Both the position numbers and the translations under genes were made by a program. A DNA stretch of 64,000 bases from Takakia lepidozioides (taxonomy: Eukaryota > Plantae > Bryophyta), in the NCBI GenBank assembly GCA_030704615.1, contig CM060731.1, forward strand, positions 53,134,001 through 53,198,000, in the 5' to 3' direction. Positions 38,801 to 52,099 of this stretch are shown here, one piece after another. The notes beneath the pieces are model-generated. The model had not been told where the DNA came from and did no database searches. It saw only the letters and a program-made list of their open reading frames with translations. The first letter of the stretch is position 1; every line of letters starts with the position of its first letter.

Positions 38801-41800
38801 AGCAGAGGTTGGAAGGCTGTGGAAGGGCTTATAGGTGCTTAGGAGCCCAAAGCCCGCAGCCTTGAAGACTGCAAGGCAGAAACAAGCAAGACAACTTTTT
38901 CAAAAGCCTTGAGAAGCACCACTATGGGATCTGATGCTTTATAATCCTGATCAATTGCCTGTCCTTGCTCCAAACTACAGGCTCTCATTATGATATGACT
39001 TTTTCCAATGTTTTGCATTGATTTCATTATGCAGGGGACACTTGAGGGGTCGAGGGAAGATGCATTTCTTGAGGGTTTCAGATGTTTTAATCCCATTTGC
39101 AGAGGTGCCTTGCTACCAGATCCAGGTAATTTAAAAATGTGTGTGGGTTGGAAATCTTAGTTCACTGCAGTTGAAACTAGGTCATTTTCCCATAAGTTGT
39201 GGTTATAAGAATGGCGTCATTGGGAGGTCAGACTTACCTTGACATCTGCTGGAGACTGTTTTGGTAAATATCGAATTGTGAATTGGTGGACTCAAAGTGG
39301 GTCACCGACTGCCACAATATGTGACCCATATTGGGTTGACTGGCAACTAGGAACTGATATATGTCTCCTGGTTCATAACACATGTGGACAGTAGATGTTG
39401 ATGTGATTATTCATGAAGCGTCATTTTTCCTGGTCAGGAAACAGAAGGACGCTGATTTGTGAGTCATGTGGTGGCACACTGAATGAGACAAAACTGAAGC
39501 TGCTGGCAGAGGAAGCAGACAAGTCAATCCAAGAGGCCTCTCACTTTAGCTCCTCTGGCAGTATCCTTATGCAATGCAGCTCTTATTCTTAAACCTTCTA
39601 TTGTTAGTGGAGTACTAGAGGTGGTTGTGTAATATAGCGATACATTGTTTGCTGACGTAACTTGTCTTAGAGAGGTGGCACAGATGGTCTAGATATGTAT
39701 GTAGATATGGGCATTGCAAACAAAATGGTTACATCAGAAGTTGTGATCAAAGACAGTAGAAGATTTATGCCAGCTGAACCCAGTGTAACTTTTAGGTCCC
39801 ACTTGGACCATCAGGGCTACTGCTTTTACTGGGAGAAGGGCACTTGGTAACCACAACTTACAGTGCATCAAGAGAGTATTGTAAAAGATCATTGCCTAGT
39901 CAATTTGAGGTGGGACTGCCCTGTCTACTGTTCACTGTAGTTCTCCAGCCATTGGGCTATCTTTCCACAGTACTGCATTGAGACTGTAAGCTACCCACTG
40001 GGCATGGATAATCTCTTTGGAGGATTAACAGGAACAGAACGAACGAATATTTATTCTCAGTCAGGCGCTAATACGCGGTAAAGTTCCGTGTCTGAAGTCC
40101 TAAGAATGTTGAGCACTCCATTGGTACTTTAAAAAGTTCCAAACATGGTGAGGAGCAGGTGCCTTATGTTTGCTTTGAAGACTTTCTGATCAAGAGTCCT
40201 ACATGTTAGTGGAAGTCTTGTGGACACTCAAGAAGCAAACTTTTGTGAACCTCAAATTGATTGGGATCATTTACAAGGAAAGACATGGATGGTGCACGGA
40301 GTATGTTGGAGCTTGCTCGAGAGTTGCAGGAGACTGTATGGCATCCATATTCAGTAGACCTGATGAGGACTTATGACAGTCTATTGAAGGTGACCCTCAT
40401 CACTCTCTCACTCTTCCCTGTATGAGCATGGATCTTCAACTTCCGCAAACTATGGCTCCTGAATGAAGGTGAACATTTTCTCCAAATACCCCATGTTGTA
40501 TTGGGGCACTAACTGCGTTCTCCATTCCCTTGAGGTGCCCAGTGTAGTAAGATGTTGCAGTTGGTGAGTGTGTATATTACGTTTTAGTCAAGAATTTATG
40601 AAGGGTTTTACCAATTTAAGGTGGTGGGAAAGGCATCTTGATTCCAGCTTTTGATGTTTCTTAGTCATCAATATTGAAGGGCGCACCAGTGCGATCATGG
40701 ATGCAGATCTACATGGAACTGGGTGACTGGACTTCTGCACTGCGTTATTGTCGTAAAACTGTACCTGCATATGAACGTAAGCCTTGTTAATGCTTGTATT
40801 ATTCCTCCAGGCCTATAGAATGTACCATAAGACATTGTTTGCCTTAGCCTTGTGGCCATTGACCCCGTGCACTGTTTGAGCGGCCTATAGAAAATCAGTT
40901 TTGAAGTCACAATGGTGAGCATGTTTTGCATGGCTTTTTGACCTGGATGTGGCTTGAGCGTGTGCCAATTCACCAACTGCTTCAGATCTGAACAGTTCCT
41001 TTGTGGAGGGAAGGCCCTTGCAAGTTTTCACCTTGTTCAGTCGTGCATTGGCCCATGCCTTTTCGGGTGGGTGACAGGGGCATATTCGCCATTCTCTCCA
41101 TTACTTGGGCTTCAATTCTACATGCTTGGGAAGCTAGAATGGTTTGTATTTGCAACCTACTTTTTTCATTCAATGAACGTATGCTTACAACCATGTTAGG
41201 TCATGAAGACTGCTCCAGCACAATGAGAGTCAAATTTTGCCAGAATGAATCCACAGTGTTTGTCTGGTTTTCTTAAGAGCCTCCTTAAATTAGGTGTTAC
41301 GTTTTCTGCATGTCAATGTCAAGTCATGAGCCAAGTAATTGATGGGGGGTTCTTGCTTTTTATTCTGACCTCCTTTCACGTATCATCTTTCATAGGTCCA
41401 CCTCCTCAGCTCATGGACTTTTCTTAATCCCTTGAAAATTGTTCCCAAGGCCATAGTCCTTTATGTACACAAGGCCTCCATACAATGCAATGAAAGTGTA
41501 GTCCCTTTAACAGGCCTTATATGAGCTAGTTGTGTCAAATTGTGTCACCAAGCTCATTCTGACTCACCTTGAAGGTGCCTGCACTCTTACTTGTTATGTC
41601 AACACTTAGCGTAACATGTACTTATAAACACAAAAAGAATGTTGTGTGGTCTTTGCAGTTATTGTGTTTAGTCCTCAGATATTGACTCATTATGCATTCT
41701 ACAATCCATTACCCAGTGCATTTTAGTGAAGTCAAAGCCCACTGACTGTTAGCCAAGGCCACTCTATACCTGGAGCTACTCAACAAGCTTCTCACCCAAG

Positions 41801-42167
41801 TCTGCCTTTTATGTAGGCACTTTCTACTAGGGGATTACCAAATCGGAAATGATTATCAGAGTGATTCTATATTTGTTTTCTCTCAACATCCAAGTCTTTC
41901 TTTCACACCTCTGGTGTTGATTAGTTGGTCGTTCTGCCTCCAAAGTTGATCATGTACGCTTCTCTTAGCTTGCGTAACCAAAGCCCCTTACATTTGATCT
42001 GGGATGGTTGCAGGCTGATGGAGAACACAATGGGAGCTATTGAGGCATTGAAAAGGGCTTTAGCAATTCTGACAGTGACACACGGACCCCAATCTAACCT
42101 AGTACAAAGCCTCTCATCTACTTTGCAGGAGGCGCATGCTGAAGCTGCTCACTTGCACCTGATTTAA
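35812..42167 (+). CDS. ASHR1: SET-MYND (SMYD-type) protein lysine methyltransferase, ASHR1/SDG37-like
   Basis: Exons give KGRCLLASRRFQRG; MYND CDGC..LKRCSACKSVWYCCTACQRKEWRLHQDEC; SET FACNAHTICDEELRPVGTGLYPVISIINHSCTPN; VTISYVE..RRKALKDQYYFDCGCDRC (post-SET); TPR-like C-terminus ..ALAILTVTHG..; stop at 42165-42167. About 14 exons; some internal boundaries are approximate. Confidence 0.88.
37273..37420 (+). mobile_element. Two tiny LINE 3'-end copies in a SET-gene intron
   Basis: AAGGCTACGGCAAACAACGTCTTATGAGTACA (about 37276) and GGCCACAAGGCTACGGCAACCAAAGTCTTATGAGTACA (about 37378) match the LINE tail at 57362. Confidence 0.75.
40821..40885 (-). mobile_element. LINE 3'-end fragment in a SET-gene intron
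   Basis: TGTACCATAAGACATTGTTTGCCTTAGCCTTGTGGCCATTGACCCCG matches 57363-57411. Confidence 0.75.
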
Positions 42168-43068
42168 TTCCCAACCCTTTCAGACGCCATGAATGTTGAA
42201 ACTTTAAGCTGAAGAGGAGTCTATGCTAATGATGTCAGTCATTTATAAGTGGTATCATCTTAATCAACACTTGAGCCCCAAATATAACTTTCAAAGGTAA
42301 TTGAAATTAATTTTTACTGATAGGTTTATGTGCCACCTTACCACGAGAGTTGGATCTTTTCATGGCACACTGTCAATCCAGTAAGGGTTTGAATGATAGG
42401 GTTTGAAGAGTGCACCTAGGTTTCACTAAGGTAGAAGTCCTACCGACAGTACATTTTATGTTAATTCCTTGTGGAGTTTTGCTTGCTTTCACTTGCCTGT
42501 TTGGTTGCAGGCTTCTCTGGTTCCTTTCACCTCTCCTGATGTGTTTGGCTGATGGCACTGATATGGGCTTGATCTATGCCGTCATTCATGCTTCACCGTC
42601 AATTCACAAAAACTGACAGGTGATGAATATCCATAAACATCAAAGTGTATGCTACCATGTATGGATTGTGTGGTTAGTGCGGAAAGGTAGTTTTGTCAGC
42701 CATTTAGGGTAGGGACTGCCCATCTACTTGACCAAATGGTCCTTAACTATATCATGGGTTGTTCCCATGAAACTTGTTGGGAGTATATAGTTTGTGTTTT
42801 TGGGAAATTACTTCATCAACTCCACAGAATATTGTACAAATATGAATATGAATCACTTCATGTCAACTTGGGTTGCCCCATAAAATTTCTTGAGTGCATC
42901 TGGGTTTCTTAATCCATAAGGGACGAGCACCTTGTTGGTGGGCCTGCCCCAAATGAGTATATAGCCTCATTCATGAGATCATATCCTCAATCATCCAGGG
43001 AAATGAACTTTACAAATCCATCCCTATCTATTTCATCCACAATGTACCAAAATCTGAGGACATGGAAC

Positions 43069-44819
43069 CAGCGTTTTTTTTTTGGTGAATTTTAGCCATT
43101 TGGCGAGCTCAGATTTGGCTCTTCTACTTGCCCATATAAAAAATAAGGGCAAAAATGTGGTGTCATCGCCAGCCCACCCACCAAGGGATAGCCTACGCCA
43201 AAGTCCTTCCCATTATTGCCACCTCACCGCCAAGCCGTCAAATTGAGTCATCATATCAGTCGTCAATGCAAGGAAAAATCGTGTGGAGATGTTACCGGCA
43301 CTTTTTCTCTCTAGCCAACGATTGCTCTTTAATATGTTAGATGCGTGTAGATCTGCTCAATGTCTTGGCATCGGTGGATTGCTGAAGCTCTTCAATGTTT
43401 TTGCAGTGTAATATAGATCTATTCAAAACTGTGTCGTTATGGGAAGAATTTGTATCGATGTCTTCAGCAAGGAGTCCTTTTGATTGCTAGGCAAGGTGGA
43501 GGTCCATGGCAGATCAGATAAATTCAAGATGAAGTATATTTCAGTTTAAAGTGTGCTCAGGTTCTCAAGTGGTATGCTCAATTTGTGCAGCTATGGCTCC
43601 ATATTCCACCAGCAAATTTCAAATACAAACTGATCTTTGTGTCATAGCCCTATCGCATGTAGCATATTCTAGCAACAGTAATTCTATTGTGACTATCCCT
43701 GAGAGTACTCCAACAAAAACAACACCTGTGACAGATGAGACAGAGAAAAAAAAAAAAAAAAAAAAAAAAGTACGAGGCACATAGGACATTCAAGATATTT
43801 GGGCTGCGAAGCTGCCATGGGCCGAGAGTGTAGTGGGCCCTACTGGCAAGATCTCTCAAGTCAGATGTAAAGTTTGCACCCATGTTGAGGGGAGGGAAAA
43901 ATTGTTGGTGCCAAAGCTTGATGGTCTATACAAACATGTTGGCCGCAAGAGAGCCGGTGACTCCACGCCTGGTCACAGCAAGGGGTCTCTGTACTACGAT
44001 CCTACTAACCAACACCAGAAGAACGAGAGAATTTTTGCAGTACATGCCTCAGGGAATGTGTTGCATCAGTTGATACTAGGTCAAGCAGTTGGAGAGGACA
44101 GGAAAAAAAGAGTTCAGTTTTGTTCTATTTGTTGCATGAAGGTCTTCCTATGACAGAATACGAGACTTTGAAAGAACTATTTGGATTCTTGAAAGTGAAA
44201 CATACCCCAAGGAAGCATTGGAGTGACAATGCAGGTTGGGACATGACAAAGTGCCTCCATAGTATAGTACCACAGAGGACCAAGGAGGTTGTCAGAGCAA
44301 CAAAGTTTATTTCAATATCAGCAGATGAGGTTATATGTCTGGACAATTCTTCATGGATTTCTATCCATGCTTATGTAGTTGATAACTCCAGAAGAACCCC
44401 AATTCTACTTACCCTTGAATGTGTATTTGGAGGTGCAACGACAGATAACATCACTCAGATCTTGTTAAGAGCAGTCATGGTTTTTGGAGGTCTCAATGAA
44501 GAGGCAGTGGGTCAGAAGTTGGTTTCCTTTGGCACAGATGGAGGTAGTATTTTTGCAGGGATCCGTACAGGCGTCACCATACAGGTGAAGTAAAAAATTG
44601 CTCCGTTCAATGTGCCCATCCACTGCGTCGCCCACCGAACTGACCTAGCAGTGACGTCCATCAGTTCATTTTGTCTTGTTACTAGGATAGAAGGTCTCTT
44701 GCAGACACGGTATTCTTACTTTGCTTGGTTACCCAAGACGGCACTTGAGTTGCAGAAACTAGCCTCTCACTTGGATCAGAAAGGGTTGAAGATTGTGCGA
44801 AATGTCAAAACGAGATGGT
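43069..44819 (+). mobile_element. hAT transposon (ZNF862/C17orf113-like transposase), decayed and interrupted
   Basis: End CAGCGTTTTTT..GGTGAATTTTAGCCA; VRCKVC..LYKH zinc finger; FISISADEV; LVSFGTDGGSIF; IHCVAHRTDLA; frameshifts and a stop; cut at VKTRWL. Confidence 0.85.
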
Positions 44820-46400
44820 TGTCATGGTTTTAGTCATGGTTATCTAGAATTACCTACTTCTAGTTAATTAGTACATTTTAGATATTTATATTTATATTTT
44901 GTGTGTTGGGACTTCATTGGGTCTCACATGCCAAGTGAGGTGTCGAACCTCACTTGGGACATGGGGATAGGTTTTCCCCTTATGAGGATGGAGGAGGCTC
45001 ATCTTCTTGTAGTTGAGCCTCCATGAGCCTCTCTCACCTCCATAGTTCTAGGTATTGAGAGGGAGTGTGTTGAGGGCTTTGTAGGGTGGATTCCCTTAGC
45101 AAGGGTGCCCTTGGCTTGACTTAGTTTATGTGATAGAGTGGATTTCACTTGGAAGGACTAGGGCTTGTTCTTAGTGCAATTGCTTCATGCTTTGAGAGCT
45201 TTCATTGTCTTCCACTTCTCTCATTTCTCATCTCTTATAACTACATGAAGATCACCTTATGCTTGTGAGTGCGGAGTGTAAGGATTAGTTTTGCACTTGT
45301 ATGTTAAAGAGGTTGAGAGCTAGGAGAATTTAGCTCTTGTATCACAAGGCTTGCAAGGGGTTGCAAGGAAAGGTGCTCGAGTGTTGCATGCACCAAGGAG
45401 TTGGAGAGCTTGAGAAGAAAGCTCTGAGTCACAAGATTTTGCAAGGATTGCAAGGAGGAAGTCTCTTGTGTGTGGAAGCATGGATTCTAGGGTTTGAGAA
45501 TCCTTTGTATGCATTATGGAGTCAATGATGTGCGCCATGGCTTATGGAGAGTGACTAAAGGCTTGTTAGTGCTCATTTCACTATCAAGCTAGGGTTAAGC
45601 AAGTTCAAAGTGTGGATGTTGTGGAAAAGAAGCCAAAGAGCTACATAGGCTTGGGCTTGAAGACAACAAGGGCAAGTACTTGGAGAGCACTAAGTAGCTC
45701 AAGATGTTTTGAAAGCGAGCATGTGAAGAAATCTTCCAATCATGGTGATGTGGAGCCAAGCTTAGGGCGCCATCGGAAGGGCTTGGAGAACATATGGTGG
45801 GAAATCCTTGAAGAGAAATCATCATTCAATGTATGCATAGCTTCACCCTAACTATGTAATGTGACAAGAGGGGGAGGCAATACTTGGCTATTCATGATCT
45901 TGGTAGTGCGAGCTTTGTGGTGGATAGTTGACCAAGCAAGTGGTGCATGTGTGGAGCATGCTCTCTTGAGTTTGTAAGTTCAAGTTTGAGAAGGGGATCT
46001 CTTGAACTAGCAAGAGGTGAAGGCCTTGAGATCCATTTGCGTGTGAAGTGGAGAGGTGTTGATTCATGTTATGATGAAGGAGAGCAACACATAGGCCAAG
46101 AGGTCATGGAACATGCATTCAAATGACCAAGGGGAGCACATGGATGATGGATTGGTGCAAGACCCCAAATGAGGCATATGGCATGAGAGTGGGATCCAAG
46201 GCGGATTGCTTGGGAGCATTATTGTAAGTGACAAGCATTGCTCCTACACATTGAGATAATTTGTGTTGATTTGGAGCAATTGTCAAGTGATGAGGAGACA
46301 AATGCATGATTGCTCGGCAATGGAGATATGACAGTTTGCAATCAAATCCCAAGGACTAGAAGGGGGATTGATTTGTTGGACAATGACTTACAAGTTGAGT
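44820..46400 (+). mobile_element. 5' end (A repeat + leader) of a third, diverged member of the DNMT-element family, inserted in the hAT
   Basis: Begins TGTC where the hAT ORF breaks. Shares the GGAGGCTCATCT..AGTTGAGCCTC hairpin and the TGGATTCC..GGTGC.CTTGGCTTGACTT block with repeat A, and GCATGTGTGGAGCATGCT (about 45945) with the leader repeat. Right boundary approximate. Confidence 0.6.
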
Positions 46401-46551
46401 TGGACCACTCTTGGTTGTACATTGGGGTGGAAGAGAATAAGAAGATGTCTTTTATGACCACCTACAGACCATATTTTTGCTTGAGTAGAAGCATAGAAGT
46501 CAAAGACTTGCATTCTAGCTCTTCATTACAAACCCTAGTAGTGTATGCTCA

Positions 46552-46720
46552 GACTATACCTCTGTTAGTATACCAAACATGAGCTTGTCCCTTTGGCTAT
46601 ATCTCTGTTGAGGTATCACCATATATGAACCCTAATGTGAGACTATACCTCTGTTAGTATACCAAATATGAGCTTGTCCATTTTATTATACCTCTATTGA
46701 GGTATCACCATATGTGAACC
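46552..46720. repeat. About 89-bp tandem repeat running into the assembly gap
   Basis: GACTATACCTCTGTTAGTATACCAAA..GAGGTATCACCATAT.TGAACC occurs twice immediately before the Ns. Confidence 0.8.
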
Positions 46721-47220
46721 NNNNNNNNNNNNNNNNNNNNNNNNNNNNNNNNNNNNNNNNNNNNNNNNNNNNNNNNNNNNNNNNNNNNNNNNNNNNNNNN
46801 NNNNNNNNNNNNNNNNNNNNNNNNNNNNNNNNNNNNNNNNNNNNNNNNNNNNNNNNNNNNNNNNNNNNNNNNNNNNNNNNNNNNNNNNNNNNNNNNNNNN
46901 NNNNNNNNNNNNNNNNNNNNNNNNNNNNNNNNNNNNNNNNNNNNNNNNNNNNNNNNNNNNNNNNNNNNNNNNNNNNNNNNNNNNNNNNNNNNNNNNNNNN
47001 NNNNNNNNNNNNNNNNNNNNNNNNNNNNNNNNNNNNNNNNNNNNNNNNNNNNNNNNNNNNNNNNNNNNNNNNNNNNNNNNNNNNNNNNNNNNNNNNNNNN
47101 NNNNNNNNNNNNNNNNNNNNNNNNNNNNNNNNNNNNNNNNNNNNNNNNNNNNNNNNNNNNNNNNNNNNNNNNNNNNNNNNNNNNNNNNNNNNNNNNNNNN
47201 NNNNNNNNNNNNNNNNNNNN
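46721..47220. other. Assembly gap (500 N)
   Basis: Run of n. Confidence 1.
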
Positions 47221-47999
47221 TCTCCTCTTTTCCATTCTTCCTTTTCCCTGTGTTCTCCACACACACGCCTCGTACATTGTCTCTCTTGCGGTCTGCGTCG
47301 CTCTCCTAAGTGAAGTAAAATAAAGAGACTTTTCTGTTCTTCTTCTCCTTTCGTATTCTAGAAGGAACCCTCTCCAGCTGACTACCACTCTCCCTCTAAG
47401 CGCAAAAAGTAGAAAAACGCAGTGACTCTCGATTTTCTTGCGGGATTGTGCCTGTGTTCTTGCGTGTCTCTAGAAGCATCGGATTCCCTCCCGCGTGACC
47501 GTTACACATAGTCGTTTCGTTCTTAGTGCACATGCCAGCAATTGTTGTACAAGCTGTTCGTATTCAGTTATGGATGTCTGACGTGTGCCGCCCAAAACAC
47601 AACTGCGTGTTCTAAATTAATAATTGGTTCATATTTAAAAGAACAGCGAATCCCAGAAAATTGATTCGCAGTCTTAAACAAATAAATATAAATGAACGAG
47701 AGTTTGATGACAAATTTTGAATATCAACAAAATACACGGTCATCCTTGTTATCCAAACCCCCACATTCGTTGCACATTTGGAACTTTCCAGGCGCATGAT
47801 CATTGGTAGTAGTATATAGATACATTTACCTTAATCTGCAATCCCATTCTCGGATCCTGTGGCATGCTTCCAGGAAGTCGGCTTTGTTATTGGGTTTATT
47901 GATGAGGTTCTGATTAACTGATTAAACGTGTTTAACAGTTGCCGACACTGCCCCTATGGATGGATTCTCTGACCACTGGGCCCAACAAGAAAAGTAATT

Positions 48000-50900
48000 A
48001 AAATGGACGGCTGCATATCTGGAATGAATAACAGAATATGCACAGTCGTTATCTGAGCTTTCCTCCGCCATATGCTCTGCTCATTCTTCAACTGTGTTCT
48101 GGAGACGCAGTAAACCGATTTACACTAGATCTGCGATAGCAAGGTACAAACATACTCGAGGAGGAAGATGGCTTCCTCTGAAGCGGAGTTCTTTTCAGAC
48201 GACAAACCAGTGCCGTTCTCCCAGGAAGTCCTTGACAATGGATTTGCAATTGTTCTGGAACAGTCTTGGCTACCCGTTTCAGCTTGCAGAATGGCTCCAT
48301 CTTTTTGGAGAAAGAGGTTTACGATCTGAAAGGGAAGTTGGTGAAATATTCTTTCCAAAACCGTGATGAGACGGCTCATATCAGCCAGTGGAGAGTGCGT
48401 CCTGGTCGATACAGAGTACTTGGAGAGCCTCGGCGAAGTCCCTTGGGTCATATATGACGCCGCCCGGACGGCTGCTTTTTTTCGCGTTGAAGACAAGAGG
48501 GTGGTGTTGAAAAAAGAACAGACTCCTCCACTCCACTCGTTGAGCTTTCGGATTCTTCCGATGATGACATAAGTGAAATTCCAAATCCAGTCCTTCCTAC
48601 TGTGTTTGCAGAAGCTATGAAGAAGAGATTTGTAGTGTCATTCCAAAATTGCGGGCGATGGGAGGATGGCTGGATTCAAAAGTGAGTTGCGGGGAATTGA
48701 TTGGAATCTTTGAAGCAGGTGCCTGTGAAGTTCTTGCCGGAGACTTTTGATGGCGATCCTCCTATCGAGCTGCCTCCTCCTCCGCGAGTTGGAGGTTAAC
48801 AATCATGATGCATGGAATGGACAAGAAACACGACGGGCACCCGTGGTGCAGAACAAAACATCCAATATTCAGAATGATGACAAGCTTGTTTTCAGGAGGA
48901 CAGTTTGCAATGGACACCTTAGGTGTGATAATTTGAATTGCAGACACTTTCTTCAGTCTGGAGTTCATAATCAAAGCGAATGGGAGGGTCTGGCGAGAAT
49001 CCATTTCAGCCTGGGACTGCCCCTCCACCGGCAAACACTTTCGTCTGCAAATTCTGCAAACTTGTGCCATCCTGCTTGGCGCTCTGCGGAGCAGAATGTA
49101 CTATGTTGTCCACCGTTGAAACAATGACGAGAGCTTGTGTGCATTTTGGATTCCATAACCATCCTGTCTCGAAGGGGGATTACAGGGAGAGTGTTGAGAC
49201 AGTATCGAGGTTGATCAAACAGGAGTTCGGGAGAACCCATCCGCAACAACATCATCTGCAATTGCTCTTGGCGAAACAAGTCCTTCTTGGAAAGCCATAT
49301 TTTGAGTGAAGGAGATTCTGTGGGGACTAAACTTGACGGTGCAGCATTGGACCTGGTCATGGATCATTTCTCCACTTTAAGTTCACCTAACATTCGGCAT
49401 CAGATCAATGCATTGAGAATGGGCTCTGGGATCAGAGGCTACATAGACAATATTTTGGAATTGAAACGACTGAGCAAGTACGATTACATCCAGGACAATG
49501 TATTCCCAGGTCAAGGTGCCATCAAAGTTTTTCTTTTCAAAATATCGACTGTTGGGGAGGGCAGTGGGGTTAGCCTCGTGAAGCGGATGCAAAGACTGGG
49601 GACTTGCAGAACTGTTTTCTTATGTTTGATCATGTGAAACGAGTGAAGGATTGGACGACAATGGCTTGTCATGTCTATGATCCACTGTACCAACGAGTTA
49701 TGAGGATACGGAATCCCAGAAGCTCATGTGGAATTCCCTGATACGTGTCATGGGCTGCCATGGGCTGCCATCTCCAAATTTCGCAGGTTTCATGGCGGAT
49801 AGTGCTCAAGCAAATTTCAATGCTATTCGTATTGTCTTCGGATCGGGCGACCCAAAAGTGCCTATGCCAGGAAGAGAGCGTACATGTCTATTCCATTGGA
49901 CACAATCTCTGGAAAACATACAAAGTCGGACATCAAACCAGAGATGCAGACTCAGCACCGTAAATTGTGCAAAGAGTACAAAGATGCTAGAACAATGAAG
50001 GAGGCGGACACTTTGTTCCAGACAATTCGTGCCTGGTGGTTCTCTTCTGGAGCTCATCACTTGAGAGTATGAGAGCATTGGAAGATTGGCTGGCGTTTTG
50101 GCACTTCCGGTATAGACAGTGGGGAGCAGCCATGACAATGGTACGAGGCTTCTATTTCATGCTTTATTCATACATTTGCTTTCCATATTTTTTGACTCAT
50201 TGCTTTCTTTATGTTGTTTCCTGTGCACTATTCTGAAGTGTGGTTATCCTCTTTGCAGAACATGTCCATTGAGGAAATGGCAGACATGCCATCTTGCAAT
50301 TTGGCAGAAACTGTGCACAATGCATGGTTGCAGCAGTCTGGGAAACGAGGTCGGGATTTGTATGTGGCAACAACAGATGATTTGATACGTGCCTTGCAAC
50401 AACAAACCCGATACCGTGATTTCTTACGAGGTGGGGTTGGTGGCAAGGGTCCGGACAAATCGGAGTTGATGTTGCGTGCTGCAAACAGATCTGGGGATCC
50501 AATCAAGATAGCACGGGCGGTGAGCATGTATGCCCAGGGAACGCCACTTGTTTCTAGAGTTCCACATCTTGAAGGGGAGGAGAGATTCGGCTCCTGTAAG
50601 AGGAAATTGAACACTCCACCTGGTTCGGATTCAGATTCCCACAGGGCAGACCGTGATAACTTCTCGAAGCCTCGTGTTCCCCTGCATGACAGCTCCGTGT
50701 CCGGAACCTCCATTGTGGAGGAACCTCCAACACGACGGCAAGCTCCAGCATCAAACCGTGCCACTGAAATGGTGCAGGAGAGAAACAACCCCCTTGATGT
50801 GCTTGAGTCCGCATGCCCCGACCACGTTTGGCACATAGAACGCACAAGTGTCGGGTCTCGTGTGAAATGTACAGCGATCAGGGCAACTAATTTCGAGAAG

Positions 50901-51648
50901 TGCACTTCATCTATATCCAGAGGTGGTGCCCGAACTCCTGCTCCGACTTTCACGGGCTTGATGCGTCCATACGGTCAACCAGAAGCCAAGAACCACAAGT
51001 TCTGGTTCTGCGCAGATGATTGTGCCAGATGTGTGCATGGAACTGTGCATCCTTCCGTAGTGATGAAGCCATCTCCTCCAACCGTTTGGCCCGTGAAGGT
51101 GGGAACACATCTCAGCTTTCAGGAGATTGAAATGCTGGAGGAGGCAGGTTTTTCCCTTGCGAGACAACCCCAACTCCATGCATGTGCTACTACTCTCTCG
51201 CTCCTCCCGGGTCCCCCCCCCGGCAAATCCTGACTTGTGGCCAACCAAACGAGATGGAAAGCTCGTTCGGCGTTTCCCTCCAACCGCTGAACACTTTGGC
51301 AAAGTGGAGTCCGCAAGAATGCTCCAAGCTCGTGTCGGAAGCACCACGGAAGTACCCGATCCAGGATATGGTCGGGTATTCACAATCATCACTTCCACAT
51401 CTGCTGTTCATGACAGGACCTACGACATCACGGTTTCCAATTTCCCCAATTGCACATGTCCTGATTTTGTGAATATGCTATCAACCAGTTTGGGCAAGAG
51501 AGGTAAATTCATACCCTGCAAACATTTGTATTTCATATTTTTGAGGAGGATGGTTTGCGATCCCAAACGTGACAACTTCATTCACCAGGCCACTATGAGT
51601 TTCAACGAGGTCGATACTCTTTTGCAGCGGGATACAACACATGGGTAG
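48000..51648 (+). mobile_element. Decayed Mutator-like (MULE) transposase with a Cys-rich N-terminus and a C-terminal SWIM finger
   Basis: RTVCNGHLRCDNLNC..FVCKFCK..C; FMFDHVKRV..ACHVYD; FAGFMADSAQAN; RERTCLFHW; SCNLAETVHNAW; SWIM YDITVSNFPNCTCPDF..PCKHLYFIF. Intron 50141-50259; many frameshifts. Confidence 0.7.
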
Positions 51649-52099
51649 CATGAACTATGTAATGTGGTATGTGGATGACCATGATTTGAAATGTGTAATT
51701 CACATCAATTCGTCGGCTGTGCAATGATATGGCCTCCAACTATACGGAGTGAGGTCTGAGTGACAACTTTTAGGTAGTGCACATTTGTCATTGCACCGTT
51801 CGAAGTCTACATGTCTTGCTGTCGCTATGCACTACAATCATCTTTTGAAGATGATCATAACTCTCATTGTTATTTGAGGAGGGAGGAAGTCTTCTCGTGG
51901 CAGCCTTTATGGCGCACACTTTGTGAGGATATTTTGTCGTCTTCGTAATTGTAAAAGTGAAACAAACATTTGTAATTGCACAATGTTGGATGCTGCAATT
52001 GTAGGCCTCAACGCTCGTCTTGATTCTATTTAGGCAAGATTCCCTGCATTAATTCCACGGTCATAGGACCATCCACGGTTATAGGCGGCGCATGTTAAT

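Noticed and set aside
46686-47388. Long ORFs made of X residues
   Set aside because: Artefacts of the 500-N gap.
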